A DNA stretch of 64,000 bases, from NCBI GenBank assembly GCA_035906255.1, contig JAMIFM010000011.1, forward strand, positions 39,607-103,606. The letters are read 5' to 3'. The translations under genes were made by a program, and so were the position numbers. The notes under the pieces were generated by a model, which was given only the letters and a program-made list of their open reading frames with translations, did not search any database and was not told where the DNA came from. Source of the stretch: Bacteroidia bacterium. Its GTDB lineage: Bacteria; Bacteroidota; Bacteroidia; UBA8524. Below, in pieces: positions 1-7,842 of the stretch; positions within the stretch are counted from its first letter, which is position 1; each line of letters starts with the position of its first letter.

Positions 1-1338
1 ATGTTGATAGTGAAACCCAATGCTACCGAACTGGTGCGCGGGTTTATTCCCTCAATACCCAATAGCAGTGCCTTATACATTGCAATAGGTATTATAGGAG
101 CTACGGTAATGCCGCATAACCTCTATCTTCATTCGTCGTTAGTGCAAACCCGAAGGTTTAACCGTGCCGACGGCGGATTGAAAAAAGCCATACGTTTCAA
201 CTTTATCGATTCGGCCGTAGCACTTAATCTTGCCCTGTTTGTAAATGCGGCCATCCTTATTTTGGCTGCTGCCGCCTTTTACAAACGCGGTCTGCACGAT
301 GTGGCCGAAATACAAGATGCCCACCTGTTGCTAACCAACATCTTTGGTACGGCAGCCCCTGCCCTGTTTGCCATTGCACTGATCGCCGCAGGACAAAGTA
401 GTACCATTACAGGTACATTGGCCGGACAAATTGTAATGGAAGGGTATTTAAATCTTCGTATCCGTCCATGGTTGCGTCGTATTCTTACCCGTTTAATAGC
501 CATTGCACCTGCTGTTTTTACTATTACATATTTTGGTGAAGAAGAACTGGGTAAATTACTTATACTTAGCCAAGTAATACTTAGCTTACAATTGGGTTTT
601 GCCATTATTCCCCTTATACATTTTGTGAGCGATAAAGCCAAAATGGGCGAGTTTGTAATCAAGCCTTGGGTAAAAGTTTCTGCATGGATAGCTGCGGCAA
701 TAATTGTGGGACTGAACGTAAAATTGGTAATTAATGAACTTAACGGCTGGATTGATAATGCAGGAAGCAATGCTGTTTACATTTATCTGTTTGTAATTCC
801 CATTGTAGTTGCAGCGGGCATTTTACTGTTATACATCACCTTTAGTCCCTTATTTAAAACCTCAAAAACGCTTAAGGCTACCGTACCGCACGGAAAAGCC
901 CTTGAATTGGGCGAGCTGATGCTGAAACACTATAAAAACATTGCAGTTACTATTGATTTCTCTGAAATGGATAAAATTGCCATAGAAAATGCTATTTCGC
1001 AAGGGGGTAAAACAGGTTCTTATACACTGATACATATTGTTGAAAGCGCGGGTGCAAGTGTAATGGGTGAAGACATTGAAGATTTTGAAACAGCAGAGGA
1101 TATGAATAACCTTACCAGCTACCAAAACCATTTGAAAGCATTGGGATACAATACCGAAGTACAAATTGGCTACGGTAACCCTGCAAAAGCCATTTCGGAA
1201 ATTGTAAATAATTCTGCTGCTGACTTAATTGTAATGGGCGGTCACGGCCACAAAACATTTAAAGACCTTTTGTTTGGGGCTACGGTTGATACTGTAAGGC
1301 ATAACGTCAAAATCCCTGTGTTGGTGGTGAGGAAGTAA
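1..1338 (+). CDS. mntH: NRAMP-family divalent metal (Mn2+/Fe2+) transporter with a C-terminal universal stress protein (UspA) domain. 5' end truncated by the window edge.
   Basis: The ORF is open from base 1. The translation shows the typical Nramp TM segments and the consensus MPHNLYLHS motif. The last ~140 aa (KNIAVTIDFS...LIVMGGHGH...VPVLVV) match the Usp fold with a G-x2-G-x9-G(S/T)-like ATP-binding stretch. Confidence 0.85.
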   Translation: MLIVKPNATELVRGFIPSIPNSSALYIAIGIIGATVMPHNLYLHSSLVQTRRFNRADGGLKKAIRFNFIDSAVALNLALFVNAAILILAAAAFYKRGLHDVAEIQDAHLLLTNIFGTAAPALFAIALIAAGQSSTITGTLAGQIVMEGYLNLRIRPWLRRILTRLIAIAPAVFTITYFGEEELGKLLILSQVILSLQLGFAIIPLIHFVSDKAKMGEFVIKPWVKVSAWIAAAIIVGLNVKLVINELNGWIDNAGSNAVYIYLFVIPIVVAAGILLLYITFSPLFKTSKTLKATVPHGKALELGELMLKHYKNIAVTIDFSEMDKIAIENAISQGGKTGSYTLIHIVESAGASVMGEDIEDFETAEDMNNLTSYQNHLKALGYNTEVQIGYGNPAKAISEIVNNSAADLIVMGGHGHKTFKDLLFGATVDTVRHNVKIPVLVVRK

Positions 1339-1342
1339 ATAC

Positions 1343-1990
1343 TCCATCTGTCCTTCTGAGCGCAGCGAGGAATCTTTATTACAATTGTGTTAACAAAACG
1401 GGATAAGATACTTCCTTCGTCAGCATGACAATACTCCTAAATCCCCTGTGGGGACTTGCTCTTCCCCATGATTACGAGGTCTCCCGAAGCAATCCGTTGA
1501 TATAATAAATACTAAAAAACTGTTGACCATTGACGGTCGACTGTTGACCTGCAAACAGATTACCACGTCATCGTGCCTCCTCCTCGCAATGACGATAGTT
1601 AAGCGAGTGCGGTAAACAACATTTAACTCACCCCAAACAATACACCCTTGCCTGATAATCCAACACTTTCCCTCTCTTTGTAAGAGAGGGGCGAATATCA
1701 GAAAGTCGGCCAAAACAAAAATCGGGGGTGAGTCAAACAGCCCATAAATTCTATTTCGACAAGCTCTGTTCAAGTCCTAAAAGGGAACTTCACCAACGAC
1801 GGGCAAGTGCGGCTGCTATCCTGAGAATGCCGAAGGGTGTAGCTGTTTCCCTCCTTGGGTGGTTAGTGGGCTGGTAAGGAGGGACTAAGGGAGGTGTCAA
1901 ACAGATTGCTTCAAAACCCAAAAGCAGTTTTTCGCAATTACGATAGTTGAGCAAGTGCGGAGCAGTCCTGAGCTTGCCGAAGGGTGTGGC
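1343..1990 (+). repeat. Complete copy of the mosaic intergenic repeat element, modules G-A-B-C-D-E-F, about 650 bp.
   Basis: Shares long near-identical segments with 51325-51915 (same module order), and in reverse complement with 16170-16556, 30456-31290 and 43538-44200. Contains perfect hairpins, for example cccctctctttgtaagagagggg and tccctcctt(N17)aaggaggga. No long ORF. Confidence 0.8.
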
Positions 1991-2002
1991 CGGTTATCTG
2001 AA

Positions 2003-3700
2003 TTAAGATGATTGCGTTTCTTCTTTCTTAAATGCTTGTATCAATACGGCAAACGTAAATACCAGTACGCAGCCGATAAGGTTGAGCCACAAGAAAGATG
2101 TTAAGTCTGTAAGCCATGCGGCAATTACAAACACTTCGCCCAATAGGGCGGCATAAAACACCGCCGTGCCTCTTACGTTCTTAGCAAAAAAGGCAGTGAT
2201 GAAAATGCCCAGTATCACTCCATAAAACAACGAACCGAGAATGTTTACAGCTTCTATCAAATTGCCCAATTTGCCCGCGTATAAGGCCACAATCATACAA
2301 AATACACCCCATGCAACCGTTGCCCATCGCGAAGCATTTAAATAGCGGCGGTCGCTGCCGTTTTTGTGGGTAAACCGTTTGTAAAAATCTACTATATAGG
2401 TGGATGCCAAAGAGTTTAGTCCGCTTGCGGTTGAACCCATTGCAGCTAAAAAGATGATAGCTATCAACAATCCTACCATCCCTGTGGGCAAATAGCGGGT
2501 TACAAACCCTAAAAACACATAGTTACTGTCGTTTTTGTCGGCCAATGGGTTGTGAGCACTGATTATCCTTATAGCAGAATCTCGCACATCATTGGCTTTA
2601 GCATCCGATTGCTGCAAAGCCGCTCGCATTTCGCCTATTTTTACCTCGTTTTCAGTATGTATTGCCTCCACTAAACCGTCAACGTATTGGCGACGTTCGG
2701 CATAGGTATTTTGGTACTGCTGCTCTTGTTCTTTAAATTGTTGGGCATATTTGCTGCTCTCAACTGCATTTACTTCTACACTGTTAAAAAACACAGGCGG
2801 GGTATTAAACTGGTAAAAGGCAAAAACCAACACGCCAATCAGCAGAATAAAGAATTGCATGGGAATTTTCACCAACCCGTTCATTACCAACCCTAAACGA
2901 CTTTGGCTAACGGAACTCCCTGTAAGATAACGACCTACCTGCGACTGGTCGGTACCGAAATACGAAAGCTGCAAGAAAAATCCGCCAATAATACCCGACC
3001 AGATGTTGTAACGGTTGTTTAAGTCGAAAGTAGTATCAATGGCATTCATCCTACCCATTTTACCTGCAATGTGCAATGCATCAGTAAAACCTACTCCTTC
3101 AGGCAACATATAAACCACCATAAAAGCAGCCATAAACAACCCCGAAAAGATGATTATCATTTGGAACATTTGGGTGTATGAAACGGCTTTTGTGCCGCCA
3201 TAAACTGTATATAGTATCACAACACCCCCCATAATAAAGGTGGTGTAAATAATGCTAATATTTAAGATACTTGATAGAATAATGGCCGGAGCATAAATGG
3301 TAATACCTGTTGAAAGTCCGCGTTGCAGTAGAAATAAAAACGCCGTGAGGGCGCGGGTTTTAACATCAAAGCGGTTTTCGAGGTATTCGTATGCGGTATA
3401 AACGTTCAGGTTTTTAAAAATGGGAATAAATACCGCGCATATCAAAATCATGGCCAGCGGCAATCCAAAATAAAACTGCACAAAACGCAATCCATCAGCA
3501 TACCCCAAACCGGGTGCTGATAAAAAGGTAATGGCACTTGCCTGTGTAGCCATTACAGATAAACCTACGTGATACCAAGGTAATTGCTTATCGGCCAGTA
3601 AATACCCTTCAATATTGCGCATACCTCTGCTTTTCCACATTCCGTAAAGGGCTATGAAAAGCAACGTTCCGCCTAATACCGTCCAATCAATCCAGCTCAT
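2003..3700 (-). CDS. Sodium:solute symporter (SSS) family transporter with a ~90 aa hydrophilic central insertion.
   Basis: 565 aa multi-TM protein starting MSWIDWTVLGGTLLFIALYG. Has the SSS signature region and 13 or more hydrophobic segments. A charged coiled-coil-like insert (KYAQQFKEQEQQYQ...DVRDSAI) sits between TM blocks. Confidence 0.8.
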   Translation of the reverse strand: MSWIDWTVLGGTLLFIALYGMWKSRGMRNIEGYLLADKQLPWYHVGLSVMATQASAITFLSAPGLGYADGLRFVQFYFGLPLAMILICAVFIPIFKNLNVYTAYEYLENRFDVKTRALTAFLFLLQRGLSTGITIYAPAIILSSILNISIIYTTFIMGGVVILYTVYGGTKAVSYTQMFQMIIIFSGLFMAAFMVVYMLPEGVGFTDALHIAGKMGRMNAIDTTFDLNNRYNIWSGIIGGFFLQLSYFGTDQSQVGRYLTGSSVSQSRLGLVMNGLVKIPMQFFILLIGVLVFAFYQFNTPPVFFNSVEVNAVESSKYAQQFKEQEQQYQNTYAERRQYVDGLVEAIHTENEVKIGEMRAALQQSDAKANDVRDSAIRIISAHNPLADKNDSNYVFLGFVTRYLPTGMVGLLIAIIFLAAMGSTASGLNSLASTYIVDFYKRFTHKNGSDRRYLNASRWATVAWGVFCMIVALYAGKLGNLIEAVNILGSLFYGVILGIFITAFFAKNVRGTAVFYAALLGEVFVIAAWLTDLTSFLWLNLIGCVLVFTFAVLIQAFKKEETQSS

Positions 3701-3818
3701 TCAAAATACTTGGTAAGCAAATAAAACAAAACCATTAGCGCTGCCAATGTGCCTGCCACCAAAGCATACACATAACCCCATGTTTTAAAGAACGGTGGTT
3801 TTTCTTGGTTATTCTGCA

Positions 3819-6332
3819 TTATTTGTTTTGGGGAAGACTTAATAAATTCACAAATAAGCGGTAAGCACCGGGTACACCGTCGGGCAATTCTCTAAAAAAC
3901 GAAAGTCCGGTATATACAAAGTTTCCTTTGCCGTATGGAGCAATAATCAAACTGCCTGTTTGTGCTTCTTCGTTAGGGTCGGCCATTTCAAGCACGTGTA
4001 TAAAATTTTCACTCAATTCGGTAGCAAAGTAAATACCGCGTTCTTGCACCCAACCTTCAAAATCAGCATCGCCAATCTTATTAGGATAAGTTAGCGCGGG
4101 ATGTTCAGGGTTCGGAAACTTAACCGAAGCTGTTTCATCAGTAACCCTATTACGTGAAATGGTAAAATCATAAGGACCTATTTTGCCTGCAAATGGCCCT
4201 ACCCTGCTGTTGGTGTTATATTGCACAATAAAATTACCGCCGTTGTTTATATACTCATTAATACGGCTATTAAGCTGCAATAAACGAGCGTTGGTATTGT
4301 AGGCGCGTATTCCCGTTACAATTGCTCCGTATTTACTTAAATCATCGTTGGCAAGCATATCATCAGTAAGCTCAACTACTTTGTAACCTATTAAACGTAA
4401 GCTATTGGCCACCTCATCACCCGCACCGGGTATGTAACCAACAGTAATGTTTGTTCTTTGCAAAGGAATACTCACCAATTTGGCTTCGGCATCACTTAAT
4501 GTAAACTGATAAGGAATATGGTCGTACTGCACCCGTTGTATGGCTTTGTTGTAGGTTTTCCCGTCTATTTTTAATGAAGCAATAACACTACTATTCACAC
4601 TGTTGGGTGTGGCTCGCAATATAGCTTCTAATACCTGCTCCTCACCTTTATTCGCAATAGTAAACGAAGCATTTTTTAAGGTGATTTGCCATCCTGCGGG
4701 TATCTCTGCTTTTAAAGTCCCCTGTACGTTATTCTTATTGGCTTTTACAATAAACTTAACAGTTTGTGGTGTAGTATCACCAAACACATACGATTGTTCA
4801 GCAATATTTACCGTAGCAGGCGGTAACACCTCCAACGGACGGTACACCTCACCTTTTACAGGGTCGGTATATTTATAAATTACAGGTTGTTTCAAAGCCA
4901 ACTCAAGCCCTGCAACATTCACATAAAAAGTAACGAATATTGACCCGCCGTTTTCAGGTTTGCCACGTAATAATTGATTGTTAACAGCATAAAGTCCCAA
5001 TGTATGACTGTCTTTTAACCAATAAGGGGTTGAAAATGCTGTATTTGCCGATAATTTTTCGGTGTGTGAATATGAGAACAGTTTAGGAAAATACTCCCCT
5101 TTTTTATTGATTGCGGAAAGCTGGTTAATAACGGTGTCGGTTTGCCCAAAATAATTTACTTTTTTAAGCTCTACTGCAATACTACTGTTTACTACCCACT
5201 GGGCATTGACAGACAGGTTTTCCCCCGGTATAGCAACATAATCAGTTGCCCCCGCCTCAATCCATATTCCGGCGCAAACCAATATCAAGTTTTCGGTTTC
5301 CTGCAATTTTTGGGCTTTCCAATACCGTAAAGCAGCATCGGTTTCGTCTAATTGTTGCAAGGTTTTATACAGCTCTGTCAATCCGTTTACGGATAGCTCA
5401 GGTGACATGGGCTTGTAATCGGCTATTATTTTATCAATTTGTTTCTGTATTTTTTTAGTTCCTGTCAATCTTGCCCACGTTTGATCGATACCTTCAAACA
5501 AATCACGGCTTACAGAGTCTCCTTTTATTTGCTGAAAGAACTCGATTACCTCGCCCCTGCCCCTTGCTGAGCCAAATCCTTGGCTTTTATGATTAGAGCG
5601 GCTGTCGGCGGCTATTTCCCCATATCCTTTACCCAACAACGGATTATACAGCCCCACATTAATTTGCATTTGCTCGGGTGCAGTAGTATTAGTAGTACCA
5701 AAATTATATGAGTTCCAAAACACGCGCTTGGCTTGCCATATTTGCACGTATTGCAGTTGTTCAGGGAAACGGGTAGGGTCGGCGGCGGCATCAAATGCTT
5801 CTTCGGCCAATATAGCAGAGGCTGTATGATGTCCATGACCGCCTCGTCCGTCGGTGGGAAAACGGCAAATAATCACATCAGGTCTAAAATTACGTATTAC
5901 CCACACCACATCAGCCAGTATGCTGTCTTTGTTCCAAAATCCAAAGGTTTCTTGCGGGTTTTTGCTATAGCCAAAATCATTAGCACGGGTAAAAAACTGT
6001 TCCGCCCCGTCGGTGCGACGTGCTGCCAATAACTCTTGGGTACGTATTAGCCCCAATTGCTCTCCCAACTCTTTACCAATCAGGTTTTGGCCACCATCAC
6101 CCCTTGTAAGCGAAAGATAGCCTGTTCGCAATTTTCGCTCGTTGGCCAAATAGGCCAGCAAACGGGTGTTCTCATCGTCAGGGTGTGCAGCAACGTATAA
6201 AACCGAGCCAACGGTGTTTAACTTGTTTAATTTTTGTAGTATTTCTGCTGAGTTGTACTGGGGCGAGTTTTGCGCCTTTACACATACACTGATAAGCAGA
6301 GTGAAGTATATAAAAAAAGTGCTACGTTTCAT
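3819..6332 (-). CDS. PIG-L/LmbE family N-acetylglucosaminyl deacetylase. Large multidomain protein with a signal peptide.
   Basis: The N-terminal VAAHPDDEN...HGHH motifs are typical of PIG-L/LmbE zinc deacetylases. 837 aa. The C-terminal region resembles a ThuA/GATase1-like fold (inference). Signal peptide MKRSTFFIYFTLLISVCVKA. Confidence 0.75.
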   Translation of the reverse strand: MKRSTFFIYFTLLISVCVKAQNSPQYNSAEILQKLNKLNTVGSVLYVAAHPDDENTRLLAYLANERKLRTGYLSLTRGDGGQNLIGKELGEQLGLIRTQELLAARRTDGAEQFFTRANDFGYSKNPQETFGFWNKDSILADVVWVIRNFRPDVIICRFPTDGRGGHGHHTASAILAEEAFDAAADPTRFPEQLQYVQIWQAKRVFWNSYNFGTTNTTAPEQMQINVGLYNPLLGKGYGEIAADSRSNHKSQGFGSARGRGEVIEFFQQIKGDSVSRDLFEGIDQTWARLTGTKKIQKQIDKIIADYKPMSPELSVNGLTELYKTLQQLDETDAALRYWKAQKLQETENLILVCAGIWIEAGATDYVAIPGENLSVNAQWVVNSSIAVELKKVNYFGQTDTVINQLSAINKKGEYFPKLFSYSHTEKLSANTAFSTPYWLKDSHTLGLYAVNNQLLRGKPENGGSIFVTFYVNVAGLELALKQPVIYKYTDPVKGEVYRPLEVLPPATVNIAEQSYVFGDTTPQTVKFIVKANKNNVQGTLKAEIPAGWQITLKNASFTIANKGEEQVLEAILRATPNSVNSSVIASLKIDGKTYNKAIQRVQYDHIPYQFTLSDAEAKLVSIPLQRTNITVGYIPGAGDEVANSLRLIGYKVVELTDDMLANDDLSKYGAIVTGIRAYNTNARLLQLNSRINEYINNGGNFIVQYNTNSRVGPFAGKIGPYDFTISRNRVTDETASVKFPNPEHPALTYPNKIGDADFEGWVQERGIYFATELSENFIHVLEMADPNEEAQTGSLIIAPYGKGNFVYTGLSFFRELPDGVPGAYRLFVNLLSLPQNK

Positions 6333-6539
6333 TGTTGTAACAGCAAATGTATTGATTTAAGGTTCTGTTGTAAATTATTTTGATACAAAGCCAATTATTG
6401 CTCACAAATCAGGCCAAAAATCAACATTACTTTTAGTTACAAACTTGTAAGCTAACTGGATTTTTTTTTAGTAAGTAAAAAATATTGTACATTTACGAGC
6501 GATTGTTCGTTTTATAAATAGCTAATTTCTTGTTGTAAT

Positions 6540-6917
6540 ATGAGGGAACTTATTACAAGAACTGAGACCATCACTCTTGATGAGTCGGGAATTGTTAGGT
6601 GCATCGTTCACAAAGATGCTTATATGGAATTAGAGGATGCCATTGAAAATGTTAAAGCAGTTGAAACTTTAACAAACGGCAAACCCATCCCTGTGTATGT
6701 TGATATCAGGTTATCAAAAGGCTCCTCAAAAGAAGCGAGGGCATATTTGGCCGGCTTTGAGGTTGCTGATGTACAGGTGGCTTGCGGCCTTCTTGTAGAT
6801 TCAATGTTATCTCAATTAATTGGTAATTTTTTTCTGGGACTTAATAAAACAAAGTTTCCTGTTAAACTTTTTAAAGACGAAGAAAAAGCAATGGAGTGGC
6901 TTAAAACATATTTATAG
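6540..6917 (+). CDS. Small STAS/SpoIIAA-like (DUF3478-type) protein, a putative partner-switching or sensor module for the downstream kinase.
   Basis: 125 aa. The stop TAG at 6915-6917 directly abuts the ATG of the histidine kinase. The fold call rests on the alternating beta/alpha pattern and the C-terminal ...KLFKDEEKAMEWLK motif typical of that family (recollection, not a search). Confidence 0.45.
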   Translation: MRELITRTETITLDESGIVRCIVHKDAYMELEDAIENVKAVETLTNGKPIPVYVDIRLSKGSSKEARAYLAGFEVADVQVACGLLVDSMLSQLIGNFFLGLNKTKFPVKLFKDEEKAMEWLKTYL

Positions 6918-7790
6918 ATGGAAATATTAGTTGAGAGGAAAAGGATTAATGAATTAATAGAAATGATAGGGGCTATGGCAAGTCTTGATTTCTCAAAGCG
7001 GATTGCTACCGAAATTACCGACCAGCCTATTGACGTAATGGCATACGGACTAAATATGCTAAGTGAAGAATTGGAAGCCAATATGGTTAGAAAATCAATG
7101 TTGGAAGAAACCAACCGCAATTTGGAACGGTTTGGTTTTACAGTGGCACATGATATAAAATCACCGCTAAGTTCTGCATATACCTTAACCACACTTATAG
7201 AAGATGAGTTGGAGGGGATTGAAAATCAAACCTTAAAAAACTACATCCAACTGCTTAAGGGAATAAATGAACAAACCCGCGAAATGGTAAATGGTATCTT
7301 GGATTACTCAAGAACCAATTACAACAACATGAAGAAAGAAGATGTAGATTTAAAAAGCCTTCTGGGTCAAATAAAACAAGAATACAGCGTTAACGAATCT
7401 ATACATATCACGTTTTCTGATAACCTGCCGATAGTAAATTATAACGCCTTTGCATTGAAACAGATTTTGGGTAACCTTATAAACAATGCTGTGAAACATA
7501 ACGATAAACCTCAATGTAAACTTGAAATACAACATATTGATAGGGAAACTTTTTATGAAATCTCCGTTACCGATAACGGACCGGGTATTTCTATAACTGA
7601 TAAAGAAAAGGTGTTTGATTTGTTTGAAAACCTTAGGAGTGATAAAGAAAACAGTCATGGTGTAGGCCTATCAATAGTAAAAAAATTGGTTACTCAGGCC
7701 AATGGCTCAGTATGGGTGGATACCAATAATAAAAGTGGGGCAAAATTTGTATTCACCATTGATAAACCTTCTGTTGCCATTGGTGTTTAA
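6918..7790 (+). CDS. Cytoplasmic sensor histidine kinase (HisKA + HATPase_c) with no TM or obvious sensor domain.
   Basis: H-box at VAHDIKSPL. N box (NLINNAVKHN), G1 (VTDNGPGI) and G2 (GVGLSIVKKL) are present. N-terminal ~60 aa are coiled-coil. No hydrophobic segments. Confidence 0.85.
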   Translation: MEILVERKRINELIEMIGAMASLDFSKRIATEITDQPIDVMAYGLNMLSEELEANMVRKSMLEETNRNLERFGFTVAHDIKSPLSSAYTLTTLIEDELEGIENQTLKNYIQLLKGINEQTREMVNGILDYSRTNYNNMKKEDVDLKSLLGQIKQEYSVNESIHITFSDNLPIVNYNAFALKQILGNLINNAVKHNDKPQCKLEIQHIDRETFYEISVTDNGPGISITDKEKVFDLFENLRSDKENSHGVGLSIVKKLVTQANGSVWVDTNNKSGAKFVFTIDKPSVAIGV

Positions 7791-7829
7791 TCCTATTTGT
7801 TAAACACTACTTATCATTAGCCTCAAAGC

Positions 7830-7838
7830 GTATCTTTG
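7830..7838 (+). promoter_or_regulatory. Candidate Bacteroidetes sigma-A -7 element (TAnnTTTG) immediately upstream of the ddl-like gene. Implies a very short or leaderless 5' UTR.
   Basis: The sequence gcgTATCTTTGcgcc ends about 5 nt before ATG 7843. Matches the established Bacteroidetes -7 consensus TAnnTTTG. No computed scan was done. Confidence 0.3.
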
Positions 7839-7842
7839 CGCC

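Noticed and set aside
4603-6032. Several 60-100 aa ORFs antisense to or nested within the PIG-L deacetylase gene (4603-4878, 5142-5330, 5246-5458, 5612-5836, 5733-6032). Similar nested ORFs occur inside pruA, acs, ddl and the giant T9SS genes.
   Set aside because: They lie fully inside long, well-supported CDS on the opposite strand or in alternate frames. They have no independent motifs or translation signals. They are typical six-frame noise.
6333-6545. Threefold TTGTTGTAA motif (about 6334, 6366 and 6529) in the divergent region between the PIG-L gene and the STAS-HK operon, as a possible operator.
   Set aside because: Only three short 9-mers in AT-rich DNA with irregular spacing (32 and 163 bp). 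One overlaps the PIG-L start codon region. This is too weak to call without comparative data.
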